DNA of 64,000 bases from assembly GCA_049322915.1 (NCBI GenBank), contig JBMOPW010000014.1:192001-256000 (forward strand). Direction: 5' to 3'. Below are positions 38,225 through 48,330 of the stretch, piece after piece. Under the pieces are notes generated by a model that had not been told where the DNA came from, made no database searches, and saw only the letters and a list, made by a program, of their open reading frames with translations. The translations under genes and the position numbers were made by a program. Each line of letters starts with the position of its first letter. Positions within the stretch are counted from its first letter, which is position 1. This stretch comes from Candidatus Zhuqueibacterota bacterium. Its GTDB lineage: Bacteria > Zhuqueibacterota > Zhuqueibacteria > Thermofontimicrobiales > Thermofontimicrobiaceae.

Positions 38225-38311
38225 GCTGTTACAAATAAATTGACATAAAAAATAACATTTTGTTGAAGTTATACCGATAGTAAAATATATCCAAACAAAA
38301 AGGATCTATCA

Positions 38312-39298
38312 ATGAACAAAAAAGTTCTTGTCACCGGAGCGACCGGTTTTACGGGTGGCTATTTATGCGAGAATCTGGTTCGAAAAGGTTACCAGGTGCG
38401 CGCGCTGTCTCTTCCGACGCAGAACTACACCCGATTGAAGGACATGGGCATTGACGTGGTGATCGGCGATCTCACGAAAAAGGAAACATTGGCTCCGGCC
38501 GTGAAAGATATCGAGATTGTTTTTCATATTGCAGCGATCTTCCGTGAACAGGATGTCCCCAACCATTTTTTCTACGATGTGAATGTGGGCGGTACCAAAA
38601 ATCTTTTGGAGGCGTCTGTCGAAGCCGGCGTGCGACGATTTGTTCATTGCAGCACAGTGGGAGTTCAGGGCGAGATTAAAAATCCGCCGGCGACTGAAAA
38701 CGCGCCCTACAATCCCGGCGACGTTTACCAGCGCTCGAAAGTTAAGGGAGAAAAACTGGCACTGAAATTCTTCGAAGAACACGATATCGAAGGAGTGGTC
38801 TTTCGGCCGGTTGGTATTTACGGGCCCGGGGATATGCGATTTCTGAAAATATTCAAGTTCATCAACAACGGCAAATTCAAAATGATCGGCGATGGAAACG
38901 TGTTATACCATCTGACCTACGTCACCGATTTGACAGAGGGAATCATTCTGTGCGGCGAGAGACCGGAAGCTGCCGGTGAAATATTTACGCTGGGCGGCAA
39001 TGAATACGTCACGCTCAATGAATATGTCCGATTGGTCGCCGAGGCGCTGGGCGTGGCGGCGCCGACCCGGAAAATTCCGGTGTGGCCGGTCTGGACTGCG
39101 GGATTGCTGTGCGAGATGGCATGCTATCCGCTTCGCATTCAGCCCCCAATTTACCGGCGCCGGGTGGATTTTTTCATCAAAGACAGGGCTTTTGATATTT
39201 CCAAAGCCAAAAAGCTATTGGGTTATCAGCCGACCATTGATTTGAAAACCGGACTCAAACAGACCGGGGACTGGTACCGGGAGCAGGGGTTATTGTAA
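38312..39298 (+). CDS. NAD-dependent epimerase/dehydratase (extended SDR)
   Basis: TGATGFTG, HCSTVGV, YQRSK (YxxxK), RPVGIYGPGD. Confidence 0.85.
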   Translation: MNKKVLVTGATGFTGGYLCENLVRKGYQVRALSLPTQNYTRLKDMGIDVVIGDLTKKETLAPAVKDIEIVFHIAAIFREQDVPNHFFYDVNVGGTKNLLEASVEAGVRRFVHCSTVGVQGEIKNPPATENAPYNPGDVYQRSKVKGEKLALKFFEEHDIEGVVFRPVGIYGPGDMRFLKIFKFINNGKFKMIGDGNVLYHLTYVTDLTEGIILCGERPEAAGEIFTLGGNEYVTLNEYVRLVAEALGVAAPTRKIPVWPVWTAGLLCEMACYPLRIQPPIYRRRVDFFIKDRAFDISKAKKLLGYQPTIDLKTGLKQTGDWYREQGLL

Positions 39299-39325
39299 CA
39301 CGCGAAAAAAATGAACAGGTAGGCC

Positions 39326-40090
39326 ATGAAAGAAGAGACTGTTGAAATTCAGAAAGAATTGTTTGATGAAAAAAAATCAGCCCTGAAGAAATACCAGGAG
39401 TTGATCATCGGCAAGACAGGGCTTTGGAAGCTCATCCGATACGAATTCATCATGACTTTTTGCAGTGGGGTACCCGGCGCGCTGGGTCTTGTGCTTCGAA
39501 TGAAATTGTTCCCGAAACTGCTGGGCAAGGTGGGCCGAAACGTGACGTTTGGACAAAATGTGGTCCTCAGGCACCCGCATAAAATTGTGATTGGCGATAA
39601 TGTGGTGGTCGATGATAATGTCGTTCTGGATGCCAAAGGACAGGATAATCGGGGCATCACGATTGGAAATGATGTGTTCATTGGCCGGAACACAATTCTC
39701 AACTGTAAGAATGGCGACATCACCCTGGGTGATCGGGCCAATATCGGTTTCAACAGCCAGATCTTTTCTGCCAATTTTGTAAATGTGGGCAAGAATGCGC
39801 TGGTCGCGGCCTATTGCTATTTCGTGGGGGGCACCCATAAATTCGACCGGCTGGATGTGTCGCCGCTGGAGCAGGCGCGACAGGCTGAAGGCATTACCAT
39901 CGGCGATAACAACTGGTTCGGCGCCAGCGTGAAGGTTCTGGACGGTGTGACGATTGGCCACGACTGCGTCATTGGCACCGCCGCCGTCGTGACGACGGAT
40001 ATCCCAGATTTCTCCATTGCTGTGGGGATCCCGGCAAAAGTCATTCGGGACCGACGGGAGTCGGCGTCGCAAAAAGAGAGTGTCAGGTAA
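39326..40090 (+). CDS. Hexapeptide-repeat (LbH) acyl/acetyltransferase
   Basis: IGDNVVVD/IGNDVFIG repeats, VGIPAKVIR. Confidence 0.88.
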   Translation: MKEETVEIQKELFDEKKSALKKYQELIIGKTGLWKLIRYEFIMTFCSGVPGALGLVLRMKLFPKLLGKVGRNVTFGQNVVLRHPHKIVIGDNVVVDDNVVLDAKGQDNRGITIGNDVFIGRNTILNCKNGDITLGDRANIGFNSQIFSANFVNVGKNALVAAYCYFVGGTHKFDRLDVSPLEQARQAEGITIGDNNWFGASVKVLDGVTIGHDCVIGTAAVVTTDIPDFSIAVGIPAKVIRDRRESASQKESVR

Positions 40091-40125
40091 TTGGTTTTGC
40101 CTGCCTGCCAAATGAGAGGAAACGC

Positions 40126-41250
40126 ATGAAAAAGCGAATGTTGTACATCAGTGTGTATGATCCTCATGTGCCATATACCGGCGCCGGAGTGAGGGGGGGT
40201 GAATTTGTAACCAATCTCGCCAGGAGATTTTCCATCGATTTAATTTATCTGGAGGGCTCCGGCCATCCCGGCGATCCTGTGCTGGAAGATAAATTTGAAT
40301 GGCGCGTGCAGGGCGTGAATAAAAAAATTAAAATACCCTTTTCCATGCGCAATTATTTTTTATTCAGCAAATCGATCATGCTCGAAGCGGAAACGTTGAT
40401 CAATCAAAAAAAATATGATGTGGTGCTGACTGATTATGGGCTCAGCGCCATTTACGGCATGCGAATCAAGAAAAAATATGAAATTCCATTTGTCTACTGT
40501 TCGCACAATGTGGAATACCGGCAATACCTGGGCAAGGCCAAAACGGACAAGCGGCGCTATCTGTTTGTTCCGTATGTCTACCATATCGAAAAGAAAGGCG
40601 TGAAATTGTGCGACGTGCTGGTGCCGATCTCGGAGCAGGATGCCGAGTTCTACGCTCGGTGGACTGACCGCGAAAAAATGGTGCCGGTGCCGCAATGCTT
40701 CAACGAAGAGATTTTCAATCCGTTTTACGAACCGCCGGTGAATGATCCCAGGACTGTCTTGTTCTTCGGGAATTACAATATTTCCACCAACCGCGAGGCA
40801 GTGTATGCCGCCCGCGACAAAGTGGTGGATCAGGTTCTGGCACGTGTTCCCAATGTGAAATTTCAATTCATTGGCGCGAACCCACCAACGGACATCAACC
40901 ACCCCAATATGGAATTCGTCGGATTTGTGGAGCATCTCGAATATTATCTGAAAAACTGTGACGTGATGATTTCGCCCATTTTAATGGGATGGGGCATGCC
41001 AACGAAGATCATTGAATCTCTCGCCTGCGGAAAGCCAATCGTGGCCACCGAGGCGGCGGCGCGCGCCGTGCCGAAAAAATATCGCACCCTCCGTGTCGTC
41101 GATATCGACAATTTCGCTGATGCAGTCGTGGAAGCATTGCAGCGGAACCGACCGGTCGATTCTTCCGATTTTGACATGCTCAAAAAGGAATTCACCTGGG
41201 CCGGCGCAATTAAAAAATTAGCCGATAAAATTGAACAGGTCATCGAATAA
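40126..41250 (+). CDS. Glycosyltransferase family 4
   Basis: SHNVEY, FVGFVE, GMPTKIIESLACGKPIV. Confidence 0.85.
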   Translation: MKKRMLYISVYDPHVPYTGAGVRGGEFVTNLARRFSIDLIYLEGSGHPGDPVLEDKFEWRVQGVNKKIKIPFSMRNYFLFSKSIMLEAETLINQKKYDVVLTDYGLSAIYGMRIKKKYEIPFVYCSHNVEYRQYLGKAKTDKRRYLFVPYVYHIEKKGVKLCDVLVPISEQDAEFYARWTDREKMVPVPQCFNEEIFNPFYEPPVNDPRTVLFFGNYNISTNREAVYAARDKVVDQVLARVPNVKFQFIGANPPTDINHPNMEFVGFVEHLEYYLKNCDVMISPILMGWGMPTKIIESLACGKPIVATEAAARAVPKKYRTLRVVDIDNFADAVVEALQRNRPVDSSDFDMLKKEFTWAGAIKKLADKIEQVIE

Positions 41251-41286
41251 TCCCGACTCACTGAAGTCAATTTAAAAGGATACCAT

Positions 41287-42732
41287 TTGCAATCCGACCA
41301 AAAAAAAGAATACAACATCGTTAAAAATATTGTCTACTCGACTTTGTCGACGTTGACAACGTTCTTTCTGTTTATCCTGTTGACCTTTGTCAGTCGCATT
41401 CTGGGTAAAGAGGAATACGGCATTTTCACGACCGGTCTGGCCATCGCCACGATATTCGAAATGTTCACAGACTTTGGGCTGCGCGATCTGAGCGTGCGAA
41501 ATGTGTCGCGCCAGAAGAATCTGACCGAGTTGTACATTGGAAATATTTTCGTCTGGAAATCATTGCTTTGCCTGGTGGTGTATGCCGTGATGCTGGCCAT
41601 CGTCATGCTGATGGGGTACGATAGCCAAACGAAGCTGGTCATTTACATTTTGACGTTCTCTGCGTTTTTGAAAAATATGAAGTACACGTTTCGGCTGTTT
41701 TTCCAGGCGCATGATTATTTTGGCTGGGACACGGTGCTCGTTTTTTTCGAGCGAACCGCGCTGCTCGTCGTCGGGCTGGCTGTGCTTTTTCATTGGAAGG
41801 GCTTGTTGGCATTCACCATCGCCTTCGCTGGCGTGCGGTTCATTGATTTCATTGTGACGATGGCCATCCTGCGGCTGAGAATTGCGCCCATCAAGTTGAA
41901 ATTCGATTTCACCTTTATGAAAAACTTGCAGATCGAGGCGCTGCCGCTGGGGATATTTTTTGTGATATTGACCATCTTCTCGTACATCGACACGGTGATG
42001 CTTTCATTGATGCGCGGCTTCGGCGACGTGGGGCTTTACAATGCCGCTTATAAACTGTATGAAGGGATTACAATCATCCCGACAATTTTCTGGCTGGTCA
42101 TTTTACCGAGGCTGTCCGAGTTGTACACCACCAATCCCGGGCATCATAAACGGCTCGCGGTAAAATCGGTGAAGTATATGTTTGTCGCCGGCATTCCCAC
42201 GTTGACGTACGGCATTCTATTCTCCGAATTTCTGATCATGTTCTTTTTCAAAGGCGAATTCATGCCGGCGGTGCGGACGCTGCAAATATTGTTCGTTGGC
42301 ATTGCTTTTCAATATCCCAACTGGATGATCAATTCGACATTGATTTCCATGAATAAGCAGCGCGTCATCGTGTTTCTGGGGCTTGGCGGATTGGTCTTCA
42401 AGATCGCGGCGAATGTGACCTTGATCCCGTTTTACGGCTACAACGGCTCTGCCATCGCCACGGTTTTGGCGGAATTTTTAACTTTTACCGGCGCCACAAT
42501 TTATCTCTATCGGCATCAACTGAAATTGCCAGTGCTGAGTTTGGCAGTGAAACCCATCCTCGCCTCTGCGCTGATCATTATTGTCTTCAAGTATCTCAAC
42601 GTGATTTCATTGCTGCCGTTAATTCTTCTTTCTGGTATTCTTTATGTGAGCGCCATCTTCATCTTAAAGACGTTTGATAGAGACGAGATTAATGTGATTT
42701 ATGAAAATTTTCAGGTGATGTTTAAAAAGTGA
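41287..42732 (+). CDS. wzx: Wzx flippase
   Basis: Multi-TM protein: IVKNIVYS, RILGKEEYG, TDFGL, IDTVML, VGLYNAAYK. Confidence 0.88.
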   Translation: MQSDQKKEYNIVKNIVYSTLSTLTTFFLFILLTFVSRILGKEEYGIFTTGLAIATIFEMFTDFGLRDLSVRNVSRQKNLTELYIGNIFVWKSLLCLVVYAVMLAIVMLMGYDSQTKLVIYILTFSAFLKNMKYTFRLFFQAHDYFGWDTVLVFFERTALLVVGLAVLFHWKGLLAFTIAFAGVRFIDFIVTMAILRLRIAPIKLKFDFTFMKNLQIEALPLGIFFVILTIFSYIDTVMLSLMRGFGDVGLYNAAYKLYEGITIIPTIFWLVILPRLSELYTTNPGHHKRLAVKSVKYMFVAGIPTLTYGILFSEFLIMFFFKGEFMPAVRTLQILFVGIAFQYPNWMINSTLISMNKQRVIVFLGLGGLVFKIAANVTLIPFYGYNGSAIATVLAEFLTFTGATIYLYRHQLKLPVLSLAVKPILASALIIIVFKYLNVISLLPLILLSGILYVSAIFILKTFDRDEINVIYENFQVMFKK

Positions 42733-42765
42733 TTATGGGCAGTGAAGATGATGTGAGGTGTCAAG

Positions 42766-43767
42766 ATGATGAGTCCCGAACTCTCGATTATCATCGTCAA
42801 TTGGAACACCAGGGATTTATTGAAGGAATGTGTTCAGTCAATATACAAAGAAACAAAAGGAATATCGTACGAAATTTTTGTTGTGGATAACGCTTCTGCT
42901 GATGGAAGCGCGGCGCTGATTGAGCGGCAATTTCCTGATGTCAGGCTTATTCGAAATGAGGAGAACCTGGGGTACGGCCGGGCAAGCAATCAGGCGTTGA
43001 AATTCTACCAGGGTGAGTATGTCCTGTTCCTCAATCCGGACACACAAATCCAGCGGAACGCCATTGTCACGCTCGTGAATTTTATGAAGGAAAATCCCGG
43101 CGTTGGAATGACTGGCCCCAAGACGATTCATCCGGACGGGACGATTCAGGTATCGTGGGCGAAGTTCCCCTGTTTATCCACGGTGTTTACGAACAATGTC
43201 TCGTTGAATACGGCAGTTTCGATCTTTGGTGTATTCGGAAAACTGTTGAAAAACAATGTGCGGTATACGGATAGCGGTCTCTCCGTCACCGACGTTACGC
43301 ATTGCATGAAAGTGGATTATCTTCTGGGGGAGTTTCTCCTGACCAAAAAATCGATTCTGGAAACAGTGGGTGGATTTCCGGACGACATTTTTATGTATGA
43401 AGAAGAGACCGATTTATGTTACCGTATCCATCAGCAAGGCTGGGAAATCTGGTTCGTGCCGGATGCGCAGATAATTCATCATGAGAAGAAGAGCATCAGG
43501 CAAATACCGAATCACATCGAAAAAGAGGTCGATTGGTTCATCGCCGGCCGATCGCGGTTTTATCGAAAATATTATGGGAAGGTCAAGCTGGTCTTTTTCC
43601 ATGTTTTCAATTTTGTGAACTCGCTGTGCAAACTGGCGATGTACTGCGTGATGGATGTCGTCAGCCTGAAAAAGCGGACGTTTGTCGCCGAGAAATTCAA
43701 ATGGCAATGGGAAGTGATTGTCTGGTATTATAGAAAATTGAATAGCATCAATATTGAACTGAGGTGA
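42766..43767 (+). CDS. Glycosyltransferase family 2 (WbbL/GfT-like)
   Basis: IIIVNWN, VVDNASADG, LNPDT, FMYEEETDLC. Confidence 0.87.
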   Translation: MMSPELSIIIVNWNTRDLLKECVQSIYKETKGISYEIFVVDNASADGSAALIERQFPDVRLIRNEENLGYGRASNQALKFYQGEYVLFLNPDTQIQRNAIVTLVNFMKENPGVGMTGPKTIHPDGTIQVSWAKFPCLSTVFTNNVSLNTAVSIFGVFGKLLKNNVRYTDSGLSVTDVTHCMKVDYLLGEFLLTKKSILETVGGFPDDIFMYEEETDLCYRIHQQGWEIWFVPDAQIIHHEKKSIRQIPNHIEKEVDWFIAGRSRFYRKYYGKVKLVFFHVFNFVNSLCKLAMYCVMDVVSLKKRTFVAEKFKWQWEVIVWYYRKLNSINIELR

Positions 43768-43771
43768 ATGC

Positions 43772-45637
43772 ATGATTTTCGGAATTATAAAAAGAGATCC
43801 CCGTGCAAAAGTGTTACGTGAGCATTTGGAGGTGATGGCTGGATATCCCGATGGCGCTTTCGATCGGACGAATATTTATCTCAATGGTGAAATTGGATTT
43901 GGCTGTCAGGCGCTTCCCGGTGTTGCCGAGGATTTTTCTTCCCCCGCGACCAATGAGGATAAAACGATTGCCGTGGTATTTCAGGGTCAATTGTACAATG
44001 TGAGCGAGCTGCAAAAGGAAGTGGGTAGTAATGTGGCCAGTCCGGCCAGGCTGGTGCTGCAACTGTACAAGAAATTTGGCGATACCTGTGCGAAAAAACT
44101 GAATGGGAAATTTGCCTTCGCCATTTACGATCGGACCATTCATCGCGTTGTGCTGGGCCGCGACCGAGTGGGCATTGAACCCATGTTCTATTTTCAGGAT
44201 TCGGATCAGGTCATCTTCAGCACAAGTCTCGCCTCCATCGTGAATCTGCCGGGAGTGGGCAAAACATTGGATTATCGCGGGCTGTATCAATTTCTGCTGT
44301 TCTGCTATAACCCGGCGCTGTTCACGTTTTTCAAGAATGTGAACAAATTGCGTCCCGGCCATGTGCTCGTCTTTGAGGGAAGTAAAGCCGAATTAAAACG
44401 CTACTGGCAGGTATCATTTGCAAAACAGAACAGCAGCGATGAAGCCGAGGTCAGTCAGCAGTTGCTCCGATTGATGCGAGACGCCGTGCAGATTCGATTC
44501 GATGGAAATCAAAAACGGGGCGTTTTTCTCAGCGGTGGTATGGATTCCAGCACTATGGTGGCGTTGATCAGCGAATTGGCCGGGGACGACCTGAGTACAT
44601 TTTCTTTCCGCTGTCGCGGCGAGTCGTTCGATGAATCTGCCTATGCTAAAATAATGGCCGATCATTATCACACCCGGCATCACCTGGTGGAGTATGCGCC
44701 GGACGATGTGGCGCTTATGCAAGAAATTACCCGGCTGATGGATGAGCCGTTTGGCGACCTGGGCATCAATGTTGCCTCCTATTTATTGGGCCGGGAAGCG
44801 CATAAAGAAGTGACGCTCATTTTGACTGGCGATGGCGGCGATGAACTGTATGGCGGTCACCCGGTGTACGAAGCGGATAAGATGGCCGAGCGCATCGAAA
44901 AAGTGCCGCGTTTTTTGCTGAAACCGGCGCTGGCCCTGGCAGCGCAATTGCCGGATTCTGAGAAGAAGAAGAATTTGACGGTGAAGGCCAAGCGTTTCTC
45001 CCTCAGTGTGAAATTTCCCAGGGAGCTTCTCTCTCACCGCTGGAGAATCTATTACACCCCGGCGGAGATGAAACAGCTCATGAACGACGCTGCCTGGAAT
45101 GAAGTGCGCGATTACAATCCATACGAAGAAATGTACCAGTTCAACCGCGAATCGGATGGCCAGGATATGTTAAGCCATTCCCTGTACAGCGATTACCAGA
45201 CTATTGTGGGATTCTATCTGCGTCGCATGGGATTGCTGAAGCATTTGGGCATTGACTCGCGATTCCCGCTGCTGGACTATCGGCTGATCGAATATGCAGC
45301 GACCATACCTTCGGATTTGAAAATTCGAGGGATGTCTGATACTAAATACATTTTCAAACGGACGATGGAAAATGTATTGCCCCATGACATTGTCTATCGC
45401 AAGGACAAACTTGGCCATAGCATTCCGATGAAAAACTGGATGCGCGATCATCCCAAAGTGAAAGAGTTTATCGGGGATGTGCTGTCGGAATCGCGCATCA
45501 AATCCCGCGGAATTTTTAATTATCGCTTCATTCAAAATTTAATGAGCCAGCATCAGAGCAAGAAGACGAATTTTTCCCATCGGCTCTGGGCGTTGGCCGT
45601 TCTGGAACTGTGGTTTTCGAACAAGATGAACAGTTAG
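43772..45637 (+). CDS. AsnB-like ATP-dependent amide ligase with a degenerate glutaminase domain
   Basis: Synthetase motifs LSGGMDSS, TGDGGDELYGG and RFPLLD are intact. The N-terminus MIFGII has no Cys2, and HRGPD and RRLSIID are absent. Confidence 0.85.
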   Translation: MIFGIIKRDPRAKVLREHLEVMAGYPDGAFDRTNIYLNGEIGFGCQALPGVAEDFSSPATNEDKTIAVVFQGQLYNVSELQKEVGSNVASPARLVLQLYKKFGDTCAKKLNGKFAFAIYDRTIHRVVLGRDRVGIEPMFYFQDSDQVIFSTSLASIVNLPGVGKTLDYRGLYQFLLFCYNPALFTFFKNVNKLRPGHVLVFEGSKAELKRYWQVSFAKQNSSDEAEVSQQLLRLMRDAVQIRFDGNQKRGVFLSGGMDSSTMVALISELAGDDLSTFSFRCRGESFDESAYAKIMADHYHTRHHLVEYAPDDVALMQEITRLMDEPFGDLGINVASYLLGREAHKEVTLILTGDGGDELYGGHPVYEADKMAERIEKVPRFLLKPALALAAQLPDSEKKKNLTVKAKRFSLSVKFPRELLSHRWRIYYTPAEMKQLMNDAAWNEVRDYNPYEEMYQFNRESDGQDMLSHSLYSDYQTIVGFYLRRMGLLKHLGIDSRFPLLDYRLIEYAATIPSDLKIRGMSDTKYIFKRTMENVLPHDIVYRKDKLGHSIPMKNWMRDHPKVKEFIGDVLSESRIKSRGIFNYRFIQNLMSQHQSKKTNFSHRLWALAVLELWFSNKMNS

Positions 45638-45644
45638 GTTGACC

Positions 45645-46760
45645 ATGCTCCCACTTTATGGATCGCATCCACTTCAGGATTTGATTTTGTTTTTTAAAGA
45701 TTGGTACAAGAGAGAATATCCCATTTTTTTGTATCAGAAAAATAAAATCGATATTGTCCCGGCCTTTTGTTATCACCATGTGACGGCCAACGAATTCGAC
45801 GATCATCTCGAATACCTGGAGAAGAACGAGTACAACACATTGACAGCGCAGGAGTTTTATGAAGCTCAGAAAGCGGGCGCCCATGGCGTTGAGCGGTCGG
45901 TCCTGATCACATTCGACGATGGAACGCGCGATGTGTACGATGTGGTTTTTCCGTTGCTGAAAAAGTATTTGATGAAAGCAGTGGTATTCATCATCCCCGG
46001 CTGGGTCGGAAAAGACAATATGCTCACCTGGCCGCAAATTCAAGAGATGCATCAGAGCGGACTGGTGGATTTCCAGTCCCATTCCATGAACCATCCGGCG
46101 ATTTTTGTATCGACGGAAGTATTGGATTACTATCGTCCGAGGCTGACGAATCTGAGTAACTGGAATGCGCCTGTCATTCAGAAAAATGGTGAAATCCGGT
46201 ATGGCGAAGCGCCATCGGTGGGTCAGCCAATTTATGAATTTCACTCGCGGTTTTCCGATCTGCCGCGATTTGTGCCCGACGAAAATTTACAGAGACATTG
46301 TCAGGCGTATGTTCAAAATAATGGTGGTGAAACTTTTTTCCACCAAAAAACCTGGCGGGAAAATTTGAATAAAACGCTGGAAGCCTGGCGGGAGGAACAG
46401 AATCTCTCGGAACGATTCGAGACGATTGGGGAGCAGGTGAGCAACATTCGGAATGAATTGGAAGCGTCGAAGCAGATCATCGAAGAGCAGTTGCCGGGAA
46501 AACAGGTTGAATTTTTCGCCTGTCCCTGGAATGTGACCAGCGCACTGACAAATCAATTGCTGCGCGAGTCCAATTATAAAATTGCTTTTATCGGCATTAA
46601 AATGGATCCGTCGTGGGAGTGCGATAGCTCCGAATTCTTTTGTACGAAACGGATCAGCGGCGATTTTGTCAAATGCCTGCCGGGCCGGGGACGGCAATCG
46701 GTTGGTCGGGTCATTTTTTCAAAAATGATCAGACGTATTTTCGCCGGAGTCAATTATTAA
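45645..46760 (+). CDS. Polysaccharide deacetylase (CE4/NodB) with an internal insertion
   Basis: CYHHV, ITFDDG, QSHSMNH, FACPW. Confidence 0.8.
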   Translation: MLPLYGSHPLQDLILFFKDWYKREYPIFLYQKNKIDIVPAFCYHHVTANEFDDHLEYLEKNEYNTLTAQEFYEAQKAGAHGVERSVLITFDDGTRDVYDVVFPLLKKYLMKAVVFIIPGWVGKDNMLTWPQIQEMHQSGLVDFQSHSMNHPAIFVSTEVLDYYRPRLTNLSNWNAPVIQKNGEIRYGEAPSVGQPIYEFHSRFSDLPRFVPDENLQRHCQAYVQNNGGETFFHQKTWRENLNKTLEAWREEQNLSERFETIGEQVSNIRNELEASKQIIEEQLPGKQVEFFACPWNVTSALTNQLLRESNYKIAFIGIKMDPSWECDSSEFFCTKRISGDFVKCLPGRGRQSVGRVIFSKMIRRIFAGVNY

Positions 46761-46783
46761 AAGTGCAACATGGAGAACCAGCA

Positions 46784-47737
46784 ATGGAACGCGCTGCAAA
46801 GGTATCACTGGTTATTTTGAACTGGAATCGTAAGGACATGCTGCTGGATTGCCTCAGCAAGGTGGCAGAGTTGGAATATCCGCTCTACGAGACCATTGTC
46901 GTGGACAATGCTTCCACGGATGGTTCGGTCGCTGCGGTTCGTGAAAAATTTCCAACGGTGGCAATCATTGAAAACCATAAAAACTACGGCGCAATCGGCG
47001 GAAAAAACATCGGACTGCGTCGCGCCATGGAATCGCCGGTGGACTATATTTATATGCTGGATAATGACATTGTGGGCGCGCCGGATTCGCTGACCTATTT
47101 GGTGGCTGTTGCTGAAGCGGATGACAGTGTGGGACTTGTGGGCGCCATGATGTACGATCACAGCAAGCCAACCACCATCCTCTCGGCCGGAGGAACGATT
47201 GATTTCACGCAAAATGTGTCGCGCGGCCGGGGCGATAATCAGATCGACAGGGGGCAGTTCAAAAAAGTCGAGCCGGTGGACTATTTGTGGGGCGGCGCGT
47301 TGCTGGCTCGAAAAAGCGTGCTGGAAGAAGTCGGATTGTTCGACGAAGAATACATCGGCTACTGGTTTGAAGATACCGATATCAGCGTGCGCGTGCGCAA
47401 AGCCGGATTTAAAGTGCTGTTCTGTCCCCAGGCCAAAGTCTGGCATAAACCTCATGCAACCGCGGAGCAGTTTTCGTTTCGGAAAAAATATCTGGCTGCG
47501 CGGAATGCCATCCGGTTCATGAAAAAGCACGCGACCCCGCTGCAATGGGCCAAGTACCTGATGTTTGCCGGCGGTAGTTTGCCAATGATGTATCTGCGCG
47601 ATGTCGTGATGAAGCAAAACAGAGAGGGGACTCTCGGCAAGGCCCGAGGCATCTGGGACGGGATTCGCGGCAACGACGCGGCCGTGGAAAAAGTGCTGAA
47701 AAGCAATTTCAAAAAAGAGGCTGTTGTCAACCATTAA
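46784..47737 (+). CDS. Glycosyltransferase family 2
   Basis: ATG at 46784 after GGAG; VILNWN, VVDNASTDGS, LDND, FEDTDIS. Confidence 0.87.
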   Translation: MERAAKVSLVILNWNRKDMLLDCLSKVAELEYPLYETIVVDNASTDGSVAAVREKFPTVAIIENHKNYGAIGGKNIGLRRAMESPVDYIYMLDNDIVGAPDSLTYLVAVAEADDSVGLVGAMMYDHSKPTTILSAGGTIDFTQNVSRGRGDNQIDRGQFKKVEPVDYLWGGALLARKSVLEEVGLFDEEYIGYWFEDTDISVRVRKAGFKVLFCPQAKVWHKPHATAEQFSFRKKYLAARNAIRFMKKHATPLQWAKYLMFAGGSLPMMYLRDVVMKQNREGTLGKARGIWDGIRGNDAAVEKVLKSNFKKEAVVNH

Positions 47738-47754
47738 ATTCATTGTGAGTCACC

Positions 47755-48330
47755 ATGCCAACTCCCATTGGACACTCGCTCATTTCAACAGCGATTTACA
47801 CCGCTGTCACCGGAAAGGAAGATCGGTTTTCAGCGACGGATTTTGCTGTCTTCCTGTTCCTGGGAGTGGCGCCGGATCTGGACTTCGTCCCGGGACTCCT
47901 GGTTGGCGCGCCGTCTCGTTACCATCACGGCTTGTCGCACAGCGTGGGGATGTCTGTCCTGGTCGGGCTGCTCTTTGGACTGATTTACTATGCTGTTGCG
48001 AAGAAACCGCTGGTTCGCTATTGGATGATTTTTTCGCTCATCTATTTCGCCCATGTGGCAGCCGACTTTTTTGCCGTGGACACATCGCCGCCCATCGGGG
48101 AACAATTGTTCTGGCCTTTCTGGACCGGATATGTGCTCTCGCCCATAACGTTCTTTCTGGATGTGCAGCGCTCCGGGCAAAGCGCTGATTTTTTTGTCAG
48201 TATTTTCAAGATGCATAATTTAAAAACAGTTATTTTGGAATTCATACTATGTTTCCCGTTGATCCCCGGGATCTGGTTGTTGAAAAAAAATAATTGCATT
48301 TTCAATCGACTGGGTCAGTTGACTCAATGA
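47755..48330 (+). CDS. YdjM-like membrane metal-dependent hydrolase
   Basis: PIGH, APDLD, HHGLSHS, AHVAAD, LFWPF. Confidence 0.8.
   Translation: MPTPIGHSLISTAIYTAVTGKEDRFSATDFAVFLFLGVAPDLDFVPGLLVGAPSRYHHGLSHSVGMSVLVGLLFGLIYYAVAKKPLVRYWMIFSLIYFAHVAADFFAVDTSPPIGEQLFWPFWTGYVLSPITFFLDVQRSGQSADFFVSIFKMHNLKTVILEFILCFPLIPGIWLLKKNNCIFNRLGQLTQ

Noticed and set aside
43760..43775. Frameshift that removed an M-C start from the second AsnB
   Set aside because: The RBS spacing fits ATG 43772 and other glutaminase motifs are also lost, so true degeneration is more likely than a single indel.
46805..47743. 312-aa minus-strand ORF and other long antisense ORFs (e.g. 39377-40111, 45528-46244, 51273-51989, 5293-5925)
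   Set aside because: These are shadows of well-supported plus-strand genes, with no recognisable motifs.
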